A stretch of DNA of 30,119 nucleotides from a virus. Positions 8,521-17,485 of this stretch are shown here, in pieces. The notes beneath the pieces were generated by a model. It did no database searches. It was not told the origin of the DNA and saw only the letters and a list, made by a program, of their open reading frames with translations. Position 1 is the stretch's first letter; every line of letters begins with the position of its first letter. Both the position numbers and the translations under genes were made by a program. Where the stretch lies: the IMG/VR virus record IMGVR_UViG_3300028024_000003; one strand, written 5' to 3'.

Positions 8521-10536
8521 TCACCCCCTGTTCAGCTTCACCTGCAGCTCAGGATATGCAGGTCGGACCAGAGACAGCGACGTCCAGGAAACTGCAACCT
8601 GTACGCCCTCGTTGAGCACGCGCGCGGCACCCGGGTCGCCACCGACCCAGACATCCTCGAGCCACTGGTACCCGTTTTCACGCAGGTCTGCAGCGGGCAA
8701 CCAGGCACTGCACTGCCACCCGGAGACCACCACGCGCAAGCCACGCTGGTTGGTGCGCACGATACGCGCCGCCACGACGTCCTCAGTCGTATTGGCGCTC
8801 ATGAAGCTCTGCAGCTTCAGGCGGTCCCAGACCATGCGTTCAGCCAGGCGCGCCGCGTGAGCACGGTCGGAGCAGCGCTCCACCTGCTGCGACAGCGCGT
8901 CCCAGTCCAGCGCCGAGAGCTGATGGCCTTCCGGCGCGAGCAGCAGGCGATGGACCAACAGGTCGGCGTATCGACGAATCGGGCTTGTGAAGTGCGTGTA
9001 CCAGTCCACGCTCAGCGAGAAGTGACCACCCTGCTCCGTGCTGCGCTGGACCACATAGCGCGCCGGCTGCATGGCCGAGCGAATCTTGAGCGACGCCGCG
9101 GCCTGCGTCTCGGCATCGGGTTGCGCCGACACGAGGTCCGACATCGCGCGAAGGCTCGGCACGTCGGGCAGCGTGTAGCTATGCGCGAACGCCCATTCCT
9201 TGAGCTCACCCCAGGCTTGCGCGTCCGGCGCCGGCTGGAACCGGAAGAGACCTGCGCCGTAGCGCTTGATGAGCATCGCGGCCGCGGTGCGGTTCGCGAG
9301 CAGCATCAGCTCTTCGACGAGCTTGTGCGCATCGTTGCGGCTTTCCCACTTCAACGACCACGTACCGTCTTCGGCCTGAACCATCGTCGGCTCGGGCTCA
9401 TCGAAGTCGAGGCGGCCATCCTGCGCGCGGCGCTCGGAGAGCGCGCGATACACATCCGTCAGCGCCTGAAGACTGTGTTCGACCGGCATGGCGAAGCGAA
9501 CGTCCGGCTTGTCCGCCATGTAGCCTGCCACCTGCGTGTACGTCAGCCGGGCTGCGGATTCGATGAGCGTGCGCTCCATCGAGCTCTTGAGCACGTTGCC
9601 TGCAGCATCCAGCTCGAGCGTGAGGACGACGGCGCGCCGCGGCTGGCCCGGAACGAGCGAGCAGCGGTCGGTCGACAGCGCTTCAGGCAGCATCGGGAAG
9701 GTGCGGCCCGGGAGGTAGAGCGAGGTGCAGCGGCTCGCCGACCACAGGTCGAGTTCGGAGCCTTCCTGAACGTACCATGAGACGTCGGCGATGGCCACCT
9801 GAACCTCCCAGCCCCCTTGGGGCAGCGCGCGGCCGTAGACGGCGTCGTCGAAGTCGCGCGTGCTCTCGCCGTCAATGGTGACGAAGGGCGCCGTGTTGCC
9901 ACCCTGCCACTCGTCCTGGCTCGCGCCTTGGCTGTGCAGTGCCTTGACGTCCTCCGGCATCACATCGTCGAACTGGTAGCGAACGAGCGCGTAGTCGAGG
10001 TCGAAACCCGGGCGCGAACGCGCGCCAAGGCTGCGCTCGAGCGTCGCGACCAGCGGCCGCGCGATGGGGGCGCCTTCGTAGGCTGGAACGCGTACGGCCA
10101 CGACGTCGCCCGGCACGAGCTCGTGACCCTGCGCGCCAGCAAACTGCAGCGGAAGGAAGCACGGGTCATCCGGAACCAGATGCGTGAGGTCCGCTACCTG
10201 ATGCACTTCGCACAGCAGGCGTCCCGCGGGTCGCGAGACCGAGACGAGCGCACGGGCTTCACGGCTCTCGCCATCCCCGCCCTCGAGCGGAATGAAGCGG
10301 ACCGTGTCGCCGGTGAGCAAGAATCGCGCGAGATTTGCTCGCAGGAAATAAGACTCACCGTCGGCGCCGGTGATGAAGCCGAAGCCACGGGGGTTCAGTG
10401 AAACGGTACCGGAGAGCGCCGCGACTTTAACTTGCGGCTTGACGACCGGCAGATGGGCTGGACCCTGGCTGCGCGGGTCGATGCTGAGGATGACGCCGTC
10501 GAGGCTATCGTTAGAGGAAATCTTGCGGCGAAGCAT
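8521..10536 (-). CDS. rnr: RNase II/RNase R family exoribonuclease (CSD plus RNB)
   Basis: RGFGFI cold-shock motif, TIDGESTRDFDDA catalytic motif, VEELMLLAN, YTHFTSPIRRYADLLVHR. Confidence 0.93.
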   Translation of the reverse strand: MLRRKISSNDSLDGVILSIDPRSQGPAHLPVVKPQVKVAALSGTVSLNPRGFGFITGADGESYFLRANLARFLLTGDTVRFIPLEGGDGESREARALVSVSRPAGRLLCEVHQVADLTHLVPDDPCFLPLQFAGAQGHELVPGDVVAVRVPAYEGAPIARPLVATLERSLGARSRPGFDLDYALVRYQFDDVMPEDVKALHSQGASQDEWQGGNTAPFVTIDGESTRDFDDAVYGRALPQGGWEVQVAIADVSWYVQEGSELDLWSASRCTSLYLPGRTFPMLPEALSTDRCSLVPGQPRRAVVLTLELDAAGNVLKSSMERTLIESAARLTYTQVAGYMADKPDVRFAMPVEHSLQALTDVYRALSERRAQDGRLDFDEPEPTMVQAEDGTWSLKWESRNDAHKLVEELMLLANRTAAAMLIKRYGAGLFRFQPAPDAQAWGELKEWAFAHSYTLPDVPSLRAMSDLVSAQPDAETQAAASLKIRSAMQPARYVVQRSTEQGGHFSLSVDWYTHFTSPIRRYADLLVHRLLLAPEGHQLSALDWDALSQQVERCSDRAHAARLAERMVWDRLKLQSFMSANTTEDVVAARIVRTNQRGLRVVVSGWQCSAWLPAADLRENGYQWLEDVWVGGDPGAARVLNEGVQVAVSWTSLSLVRPAYPELQVKLNRG

Positions 10537-10572
10537 CAGCGCACCGTCCCATGGGGCGCCAATGCCCGGTTG

Positions 10573-11007
10573 TTAATTTGTGTTTTTCTCATGTAGTGAC
10601 GCTGCCCGCATGAGCAGCACGATAAAAGCTGAAAGACCCCAGGCATAGCAGGTCGTGATGAATGCCTCCGGGACGTGGTCGACCGCCAGGTTCAGAACCA
10701 GCAGACCGACATCGACTCCCGACCACAGCAACAGATAGCCCGAGAACGCGTAAAACCGTCGCAAGGCGCTCGCGCATGCATATAGCGCAGCAACCGCCAG
10801 AAGCGACTTCAGAAAACCAGAGACCACTCCAACCTCGGGCATCATCAACGTGACGACCAAACAGGTCAGCGTCAGCTTGAGCCCCACCATCAGCATCAGC
10901 GCCGGGCTGCCGCTACGGGGCAGACCACGACCGTCGTGCTGAAAACTCAGCAAATGTGCCGTGTGCCAGGCGAACGATGGCAGTACACGCAGGGTGGAGT
11001 TGGGCAT
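10573..11007 (-). CDS. Hypothetical multi-pass membrane protein (144 aa)
   Basis: About four hydrophobic segments. ATG 11007 lies downstream of a TGTGATATACT promoter, which argues against the 11109 start. Confidence 0.7.
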   Translation of the reverse strand: MPNSTLRVLPSFAWHTAHLLSFQHDGRGLPRSGSPALMLMVGLKLTLTCLVVTLMMPEVGVVSGFLKSLLAVAALYACASALRRFYAFSGYLLLWSGVDVGLLVLNLAVDHVPEAFITTCYAWGLSAFIVLLMRAASLHEKNTN

Positions 11008-11048
11008 GGCGCGAAACACACTTACGAAGTTCTGAATTGGACGCAAGT

Positions 11049-11059
11049 AGTATATCACA
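11049..11059 (-). promoter_or_regulatory. Class I extended -10 promoter
   Basis: TGTGATATACT, 41 nt upstream of ATG 11007. Confidence 0.6.
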
Positions 11060-11213
11060 ATATAACGAATTTGCGCGATTTGACGCGAGGAGTTAACTCC
11101 GTTTGTCAAGTCACAACGTTCAGTATAGGAATCGGGAGCTGGCAGAAACGCGCCGCCAGGGCGCGGTTGCCTGAATGAGGTACTGCAGGAGGGAAGATTT
11201 CGACGTTGCCGCG

Positions 11214-11546
11214 TCAGGAATTCGGGGCGTCGGTACGGCCGCCTTCATACCAGAACTGCCTGAAGGCTTCGGGAGATGCGGTTTCGAAGGCCGAGGCCAT
11301 GCGAACGAACGCACGATACAGTTTCTGATGCTGCTCCAGGAGCGCGTCAGCGTCGGCCGGTGACATCTCGGCATCGAAGGTGCTGTTGGCGTCCGTCACA
11401 CTGACGTTCCCGTTCGGATAAGTGCCGAACACCATCCATTCCGGGTAAGCCTCGTTGATGTACTTCTCTTTCACCACCCTCTCCTGTTCACGTGCGGCAA
11501 GTCTGCCTTCAAATAGAAAACGGGGCTGGCTAGCCTCGTTGTTCAT
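11214..11546 (-). CDS. Hypothetical protein (110 aa, MNNEASQ...)
   Basis: ATGA start/stop overlap with the upstream gene. Confidence 0.75.
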   Translation of the reverse strand: MNNEASQPRFLFEGRLAAREQERVVKEKYINEAYPEWMVFGTYPNGNVSVTDANSTFDAEMSPADADALLEQHQKLYRAFVRMASAFETASPEAFRQFWYEGGRTDAPNS

Positions 11547-11755
11547 TGCGGTTGCGGTACCGTAGCGCGTGCGCTGCGCTCGCGCACCAATCGGTCGCAA
11601 AATCCATTGGCCCGGTCTTCAGCCCAGTTATCGGGAGCGTCGGCCTTCAGCGGGCCGCCCCTTGACAGCCACCACTCAGCGTACTTCCATCCCCTTGAAT
11701 ACCCGGCGGTACACGAACCTGGGTCCAGCGGCTCGATATTGGTCTTCAGCTGCAT
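11543..11755 (-). CDS. Hypothetical protein (70 aa, MQLKTNI...)
   Basis: TGATG overlap with the upstream gene. Aromatic-rich GYSRGW...W...NGFCDRL. Confidence 0.75.
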   Translation of the reverse strand: MQLKTNIEPLDPGSCTAGYSRGWKYAEWWLSRGGPLKADAPDNWAEDRANGFCDRLVRERSARATVPQPQ

Positions 11756-11970
11756 CAGATGTCCCCGTGGCGCTGGCGCCGCGCGGGCATTGTCGCTACC
11801 ACCCATCCCAGAGCCGCCACGCCGGCGACGAGTCCCAGCCAGGTTACAGGCCGGTCCAGGGAGGTGTTGCCTGCGAGCACCTGGCTCGCAGCAAAGCCGT
11901 AGTAGACCATCAGCGCGCCGCCCACACCCAGTGCGGCCGCGCGCAGGTCATCGAGCCGCTTTACGGTCAT
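11755..11970 (-). CDS. Small two-TM membrane protein (71 aa)
   Basis: ATGA overlap, AAGGAG RBS, two hydrophobic helices, basic tail. Confidence 0.75.
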   Translation of the reverse strand: MTVKRLDDLRAAALGVGGALMVYYGFAASQVLAGNTSLDRPVTWLGLVAGVAALGWVVATMPARRQRHGDI

Positions 11971-12452
11971 GATTTCGTCTCCTTCTCTGCTCTCAGTTGC
12001 GCGTGCTCGGCGACCAGAATCTTTCCCCATGCCCATTCGGCCCAGGTCTGGACCAGAATCATGAGCACCAGCGCCTGCTTGGGCGCATCCACATTGTGCG
12101 GCGTGTACTCCAGCTCGGCGCCCAACCCCTCGATGCGCTCTGGTCTCGAAATGTCGTCCAGCTCATCCGGATTGGCGCCCAGACTGCCTGCGAACATCCG
12201 GTTCACCCAGAAATACCGCGGCACGCCGCCCTTAAGCAATTCGAAGCCACAATCTTCGACGAGCGCGTCGGAGATGAGCTCTGCGCGCCGAACGCGCGTA
12301 CGAGCATCCTCGAGTAGCCGCGCGTACTCCTCTTCCGTGACCTCGACCGTGCTGAGCGTCTTCAGCGCAGACACCGCCACCGCGAGGAAGAATCCTGCGG
12401 TCTTGTTGCCCGGCTTAAGGGTCATGTAGTCGATTCGGGTGAAGAAGTTCAT
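11967..12452 (-). CDS. Hypothetical protein (161 aa, MNFFTRI...)
   Basis: First ATG downstream of the promoter at 12487-12497. Confidence 0.75.
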   Translation of the reverse strand: MNFFTRIDYMTLKPGNKTAGFFLAVAVSALKTLSTVEVTEEEYARLLEDARTRVRRAELISDALVEDCGFELLKGGVPRYFWVNRMFAGSLGANPDELDDISRPERIEGLGAELEYTPHNVDAPKQALVLMILVQTWAEWAWGKILVAEHAQLRAEKETKS

Positions 12453-12486
12453 GGCGGGTCTCGGCGGCTTTTCACTATGTGGATTC

Positions 12487-12497
12487 ATTATACCACA
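12487..12497 (-). promoter_or_regulatory. Class I extended -10 promoter
   Basis: TGTGGTATAAT immediately after a terminator U-tract. Confidence 0.7.
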
Positions 12498-12529
12498 AAA
12501 ACGAAAGCCCACCAACTGGCGGGCTTTTT
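12497..12529 (-). terminator. Intrinsic terminator abutting the next promoter
   Basis: Minus strand AAAGCCCGCCA-GT-TGGTGGGCTTT-CGTTTTT. Confidence 0.75.
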
Positions 12530-12534
12530 GTTAA

Positions 12535-12765
12535 CTATCCACGATTCGAGATGAGTCTGGCTATCTTTGCGGCCTGCTCACACTGCCGTCGAAAGAGCTC
12601 GTTCGAGACCTGCCTCGAGCGCGACTGCGCCGCAGCGATGCGGCCAGCCATCTCAGCCGCGCGCTCACTCGCGAGACGGAAGGCGCGGTCCGCGGAGCTC
12701 GGGCCATGCACAGCGCGGAGCTGGGCGACATTGACGCAGCGCGCGTGCGCCGGGATGTTTAACAT
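12535..12765 (-). CDS. Hypothetical protein (76 aa, MLNIPAH...)
   Basis: ATG 28 nt after a GCTATAC motif, with a terminator downstream. Confidence 0.55.
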   Translation of the reverse strand: MLNIPAHARCVNVAQLRAVHGPSSADRAFRLASERAAEMAGRIAAAQSRSRQVSNELFRRQCEQAAKIARLISNRG

Positions 12766-12812
12766 GAAGGCACTCTTCAGTAGGCGATTCTGGGTATAGC
12801 GGCGCGCCGGCG

Positions 12813-13220
12813 TCAGGCGCCAGCCACGGCGGCCGCAGCCTCGCGGTTCATCCTTCGGTCCCAGCGGATGGCGGCCTTCATCGCCTGCATCACCCAAGGC
12901 GCTGGCCGGGGCCGATATTTGCCGTACGCAAATTCGGTCTCATCGAGCGCACTGTGGCTGGGCGCCTTCTCGGCACACTGAGAGGCAAGGTCGAGCAGCA
13001 CCCAGCCATCCTGGCCGTTGACCTGCGTCGAGAAGAGTTCCTGTTCTGCGCGCACTCGAGCAAGGCGCTCCGCATGGAAGGCCTCTTCCCAGGTGGCGAA
13101 CCCGTCAGGGCCTTTGAGTGCTGCGCGCAAACGCGCAATTTCCGCCAGCAGTTCAGCTTCGACACTCGTGTTACCGGTCGCTTCTGTCGTCATTTCCAGT
13201 TCCATCCAAAATTCTTCCAT
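12813..13220 (-). CDS. Hypothetical protein (start may be 13193)
   Basis: Co-oriented ORF filling the gap. Coiled-coil-like N-half with KGPDGFATWEEA. Confidence 0.7.
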   Translation of the reverse strand: MEEFWMELEMTTEATGNTSVEAELLAEIARLRAALKGPDGFATWEEAFHAERLARVRAEQELFSTQVNGQDGWVLLDLASQCAEKAPSHSALDETEFAYGKYRPRPAPWVMQAMKAAIRWDRRMNREAAAAVAGA

Positions 13221-13262
13221 GTGGTACGGCCACGGCGCGCGTCACGCTATCCCAGGTGGCTC

Positions 13263-13757
13263 TCAGGAGGCATCGTCCAAGTTGAAATCGAGCTGTGGCA
13301 GCGCAAAGCCCGGCTTGTTCCATTCACCAATGGCGGCAGCGAGGGACGAGGCGAAGGCCTCTTCCTGCTCGAGCGGCACTACCCACTGCAGTCCCGTCCA
13401 GCTGTAGGATACAACCGGGTCCGGCTTCAGCCAGTGCAACTCCTGCGGGTCTACGCGAAACACCCTGCCGGCGGGAACAATCCTTCCATTCGGTATTGAG
13501 GGCGAGCCAAATTCGAACATGCTGCCTTCCGCGGTCATCGTGAAGAAGACCTTCCCCTTCCAATGCGGGTCGAGGTGCGGCCAGACACCCTTCGTTACGA
13601 CTACATCCGGAACGACGTCCATGACTGTCAATTCCGTCGGACCTGCGACGACATCGACGATGCTGGGTTCGACCGTCTCGATAAAGTCTCGCAACGCCGC
13701 GGTCAGTCTGAACTGCCGGCCGTCGAGCTCGAGGTCTGGAATGCTGGACATGACCAT
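13263..13757 (-). CDS. Putative 2OG-Fe(II) oxygenase / cupin-fold protein (start 13751 or 13757)
   Basis: GVWPHLD (HxD) followed by beta-strands and a distal His in VFRVDPQELHWL. Confidence 0.55.
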   Translation of the reverse strand: MVMSSIPDLELDGRQFRLTAALRDFIETVEPSIVDVVAGPTELTVMDVVPDVVVTKGVWPHLDPHWKGKVFFTMTAEGSMFEFGSPSIPNGRIVPAGRVFRVDPQELHWLKPDPVVSYSWTGLQWVVPLEQEEAFASSLAAAIGEWNKPGFALPQLDFNLDDAS

Positions 13758-13764
13758 GATGCGA

Positions 13765-14139
13765 TTAGAGCTGGCCCTGCAGGGCAACTTCGATGCCCAT
13801 CACCCGCATGCCGGTCTGTTGGCCGCCGGCGCCGAAGAAGCTCCAGCTGCTGCACAGCCATGCTCGAATACCCCGGCAATCCGACACGGAGGCGAAAGAG
13901 ACGAACGCGCGGCCGCGGGCAAGCACGACCAGCAGCGTCAGCGTCAGCAGATAGGCGAAGCCGCCGAGCAGCTCCGCCCCCGCGCAATAGGCGACCATCC
14001 CGAGTACGAACTGGGTCCCCGTCTCGGCCCGGGTGAGCAATGGAAACACGGTCGGTGCGCCGAGCAGTATGGCCGCTACACCGAGCACCAGCCCGCACGC
14101 CATCGAAATGGGATGTGCGAAGGGAAGCAGCTTTTTCAT
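13765..14139 (-). CDS. Hypothetical membrane protein (124 aa)
   Basis: AGGAG RBS, ATGA overlap, two long hydrophobic segments. Confidence 0.7.
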   Translation of the reverse strand: MKKLLPFAHPISMACGLVLGVAAILLGAPTVFPLLTRAETGTQFVLGMVAYCAGAELLGGFAYLLTLTLLVVLARGRAFVSFASVSDCRGIRAWLCSSWSFFGAGGQQTGMRVMGIEVALQGQL

Positions 14140-14663
14140 GAACAACTCCTGGAAGGCTTGCCGCGGGACGGGACGACATCATCCGGCGCCGCGGCGAGCA
14201 GCTCCGGACTGAACAGATGCTGGAATTCGGCGGGTACCACGGCGCCGGCCGTGCGCACGAGCTCTTCGAGAGGGCCCAGATACCCCGAAAGACCGAACGG
14301 CCCACAGGGCACACCGAGATATTGCAGCGCGCGGATGCGGTGATGCCCGTTGTCGATGCCACAGCCGCAACGGTCCAGAAGGAACGTGTCTATCTGGATT
14401 GCGCGCTGGAGTTGCCCGCCGGCGCGCAGCTCATTGACTAGCGCGGCGACCCGGTACGCGTGTTTGTGCTCGTCCGGCACAGCCGAGCACTGTCGCAGCT
14501 GATGGTCGTCTTCCCAGTCGAGCCTGGTGTCGACTTGGGTCAGCACCGCGGTATCGGTGAGCGCCTTCGAAATCAGCTCATCGGGAATCGCGTCGTACTG
14601 GAAGAACGGCCAGGGTGCGGCGCTCCATTCCTTAACCTTTTCGAACGCGAGCCAGTTTGCCAT
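14136..14663 (-). CDS. Hypothetical protein with a ParB/Srx-like motif
   Basis: AIQID...GIDNGHHRIRALQYLG resembles the ParB-N/sulfiredoxin P-I-x-V...DGHHR..A...LG motif. Confidence 0.6.
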   Translation of the reverse strand: MANWLAFEKVKEWSAAPWPFFQYDAIPDELISKALTDTAVLTQVDTRLDWEDDHQLRQCSAVPDEHKHAYRVAALVNELRAGGQLQRAIQIDTFLLDRCGCGIDNGHHRIRALQYLGVPCGPFGLSGYLGPLEELVRTAGAVVPAEFQHLFSPELLAAAPDDVVPSRGKPSRSCS

Positions 14664-14691
14664 ACCTGATGAGCCTCTTTGCGCGTGTCCG

Positions 14692-15138
14692 TCAGCTGGC
14701 GGCCGTGACCGTCAGCTCGTACCAGGACGAGTCGCCGTTGTAGGCGTACGACCATTGCGGCTCGAGGCCGGCAGCCTTGCAGCGGCGGTCGAAGTCAGAC
14801 CAGACGGCATACAGCGGATGGTCGGCCGTCCAGATGCCGTTGCCCTCCGTGCGCCAGGCTTCCGCGCGGTTCGACGGGATGCTCCACTTACTGGTCTCGA
14901 GTTCGGAGGCAGCGTGGCGATAATCCATGCCCCCGAGCCTGACCTGGCCGGGCACCTTTTCATTGAGCAACCGGTGCTCGAACAGCCGGAACGCGTAGTC
15001 GAAGAAGTGCTCCGCCGCCATCACGCGCCTGAGCGTGACCTCGTCGACTTCAGCCTGTTTGAGCAGCGCCGCGCGGCGTGCTGATTCCTGTTCCACGGCC
15101 GTCGCGGCCCTCAGCCGTTCACCGAGATTCATGGTCAT
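14692..15138 (-). CDS. Hypothetical protein (148 aa)
   Basis: AAGGA RBS; co-oriented within the gene array. Confidence 0.8.
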   Translation of the reverse strand: MTMNLGERLRAATAVEQESARRAALLKQAEVDEVTLRRVMAAEHFFDYAFRLFEHRLLNEKVPGQVRLGGMDYRHAASELETSKWSIPSNRAEAWRTEGNGIWTADHPLYAVWSDFDRRCKAAGLEPQWSYAYNGDSSWYELTVTAAS

Positions 15139-15162
15139 GTCCTTGAATGTAAAAAGCCTGGG

Positions 15163-15372
15163 TTACGACAGCTGTTTGGCCGCCGTGACGAGGCCCTGCA
15201 CGCCGGCCATGGCCTTGCGCGCTTTTGTGATGTCTTCGAACGTGACGAAGCGTTGTTCGGCCTTCAACGGTCGATGGGTGTGGTGCGGGCTGCCCATGTC
15301 GGCATAGCCCTCGGAATCGACCACCTCACCCATCGAGTTGACGACCTTGACTTCGACGATGACGGTGTACAT
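15163..15372 (-). CDS. Hypothetical protein (69 aa)
   Basis: GAGGA RBS; tiles the array. Confidence 0.75.
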   Translation of the reverse strand: MYTVIVEVKVVNSMGEVVDSEGYADMGSPHHTHRPLKAEQRFVTFEDITKARKAMAGVQGLVTAAKQLS

Positions 15373-15398
15373 GAGGTTTCCTCGTGTTCTTGCGCGAG

Positions 15399-15728
15399 TC
15401 AGCGGGAAGGCTTCTTCGCGAGCGTGTAGCCGAGCTTTTCGGCGGCCTGGCGCAGCAGCTGCACTGCGACCTCTTCATCGGACTGCCCGGATTGCCAGTT
15501 CGAGTGCGCAAGCGTCTTCAGGTTGTAGCTGCTGAGCACCGCCAGAGTCTGGGTGTCGGCATGCGTGCACTCGAGCACGCAGCCGCCGGAGAACGACGCG
15601 CGGTCACCTGCCTCGATGCGCGACGAGGCGAACATCGAGGCATGCACGATTTTCTTGCCCAGCGCGGGGTCGTTTTCCCACTCAGATGCCCGGTCGTTTT
15701 CGAGCAGCACCACAGTTCTGAATCCCAT
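15399..15728 (-). CDS. Hypothetical protein (109 aa, MGFRTVVLLEND...)
   Basis: AGAGG/AAGGGA RBS; tiles the array. Confidence 0.8.
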   Translation of the reverse strand: MGFRTVVLLENDRASEWENDPALGKKIVHASMFASSRIEAGDRASFSGGCVLECTHADTQTLAVLSSYNLKTLAHSNWQSGQSDEEVAVQLLRQAAEKLGYTLAKKPSR

Positions 15729-15739
15729 CCTCTGTCCCC

Positions 15740-15967
15740 TTAGCCAAGCAGCACAATCTGCACACCACGTTGCGCCACGAATTTGGCGATGGTCCAGCCT
15801 TTCTCGAACTCAGCCTTTGCGACCGACGCCAGCCGCGGCTTCAGCTCGAAATTCGCGTTTCGACCCGTGTTGTCCGGCAACGCCACGACGCTATCGCCCG
15901 GCACGCCCGAGTCCCTCAACTTCTGCAGCTCAGCTATCGTTTCGTCGAGCGTCTTGCGGTTAGTCAT
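15740..15967 (-). CDS. Hypothetical protein (75 aa)
   Basis: TAAGG RBS; tiles the array. Confidence 0.75.
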   Translation of the reverse strand: MTNRKTLDETIAELQKLRDSGVPGDSVVALPDNTGRNANFELKPRLASVAKAEFEKGWTIAKFVAQRGVQIVLLG

Positions 15968-15977
15968 GACCGTAGCC

Positions 15978-16337
15978 TTAGAAGGTTTCGTTGCAGCTGG
16001 CCAGGCCCTGATACGTCTGCTGGAGCATCACTGCCGCCGACATCAGGCTCACGTCGGCCTCCTGGACTCCGTATGCCTTCGCGATGCGCTCGACGTCGGC
16101 ACTGGAGTTGCCGGTTGAAACCATCACCGCGTGCGCAGAATCCGCCCCACGCTCGACGACGACTCCCATCACCTCGCCGACTGCGAAAGGTTCATCGCAC
16201 GCGTCCATCGAATCGGCAATGGCCGACAGCGCGGCGCCCGTCTCCGAGCGGCCCTCGGCATGCTCCGGGGTGACAGTGATTTCCTTGACGTTTGCCAGCC
16301 AGTCCGGATGCGGTGCGTTCATTCCTGCGTGCGACAT
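15978..16337 (-). CDS. Hypothetical protein (119 aa)
   Basis: GGGGA RBS; first gene after the promoter at 16373-16383. Confidence 0.78.
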   Translation of the reverse strand: MSHAGMNAPHPDWLANVKEITVTPEHAEGRSETGAALSAIADSMDACDEPFAVGEVMGVVVERGADSAHAVMVSTGNSSADVERIAKAYGVQEADVSLMSAAVMLQQTYQGLASCNETF

Positions 16338-16372
16338 ATTTATTCCCCGAGGTCAATATCTACAATGAGGCC

Positions 16373-16383
16373 AGTATACCATA
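16373..16383 (-). promoter_or_regulatory. Class I extended -10 promoter
   Basis: TTTTTATGGTATACT heading the long leftward small-gene array. Confidence 0.7.
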
Positions 16384-16528
16384 AAAATGAGCCAAAGTCC
16401 TAATGTTTTTCGCAATTCGCAACTAAGCTCTTGCGAGCCCGAGCAGTGCCGCATCGCTCTTCTCTGGTTGCCAGTTTCTGCCCAGCGTCGTTATAGTGAG
16501 ACTCCATCCAACTCAGGGACAACCGGTA

Positions 16529-16786
16529 ATGGCACGGACACTTTCCTCCCAGCTCGCACGCACGTTCCGGGCGCCGGCAGCTCGCAAGCCGGACGAACAC
16601 CGCAAGGCGCGCGAGACAGCCAAAATGCTTGCCCAAAAGCACCAAATTGAAATCGAGCGGCTTGACAGCGGCTTCAATGTCTGGCCGCCGCGCGGGTTCG
16701 GCGGCACAGACCCGTTCGATGGCGACCACTACGCTCAGGACTGGTCCGAGGTCCTGACGCGCGTCAAGGCCTATGTGAGCGGCTGA
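16529..16786 (+). CDS. Hypothetical protein (85 aa, MARTLSSQ...)
   Basis: AGGGA RBS before ATG 16529. Motif-like WPP...DPFDGDHYAQDW. Confidence 0.78.
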   Translation: MARTLSSQLARTFRAPAARKPDEHRKARETAKMLAQKHQIEIERLDSGFNVWPPRGFGGTDPFDGDHYAQDWSEVLTRVKAYVSG

Positions 16787-16838
16787 GCAGTTCGGGAGAC
16801 AGTTAACTATTCAAGCGGCATGGCTGGAATTGTTATTT

Positions 16839-16849
16839 TGTGGTAAACT
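16839..16849 (+). promoter_or_regulatory. Class I extended -10 promoter of clpP
   Basis: TTTTGTGGTAAACT, flanked by GTTAACTATTC direct repeats at 16802-16812 and 16865-16875. Confidence 0.6.
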
Positions 16850-16893
16850 AAGCACCATCTCGTGGTTAACTATTCTCACCTGAAGGCCCAATT

Positions 16894-17475
16894 ATGCTGG
16901 TACCAACCGTCGTTGAATCCTCCGGCCGCGGCGAACGCGCATATGACATCTACAGCCGCCTGCTCAAGGAACGCATCGTCTTTCTGACTAGCCAGGTAAC
17001 CGACCAGTCCGCCAATCTCGTGATTGCACAGCTGCTCTATCTCGAGAGCGTGAACCCGGAAAAAGACATCTATCTTTACATCAACTCACCGGGCGGCAGC
17101 GTCAGCGCAGGGCTTGCCATCTTCGACACGATGCAGTTCATCAAGCCGGACGTGGCGACGCTTTGCATGGGCATGGCCGCCAGCATGGGCGCGTTCCTGC
17201 TCGGCGCAGGTGCCAAGGGCAAGCGGTTTGCGCTGCCGAACGCTCGTGTCATGATTCACCAGCCGCTAGGCGGCGCGCAGGGTCAGGCGAGCGACATCGA
17301 AATCACGGCGCGAGAAATCATCCGCTTGAAGGGCGTGCTCAACACCATCATGTCCGAGCGTACCGGCCAGCCGCTCGAGAAAATCGAGCAGGACACGGAC
17401 CGTGACCACTACATGAGCGCGGTCAGCGCCATGGAGTATGGACTCGTCGACAAGGTCATCGAAAAGAAGCCCTGA
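16894..17475 (+). CDS. clpP: ATP-dependent Clp protease proteolytic subunit
   Basis: [30 protein letters not shown] (Ser), MIHQP (His), DTDRD (Asp). Confidence 0.98.
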   Translation: MLVPTVVESSGRGERAYDIYSRLLKERIVFLTSQVTDQSANLVIAQLLYLESVNPEKDIYLYINSPGGSVSAGLAIFDTMQFIKPDVATLCMGMAASMGAFLLGAGAKGKRFALPNARVMIHQPLGGAQGQASDIEITAREIIRLKGVLNTIMSERTGQPLEKIEQDTDRDHYMSAVSAMEYGLVDKVIEKKP

Positions 17476-17485
17476 GGAGAGGACC

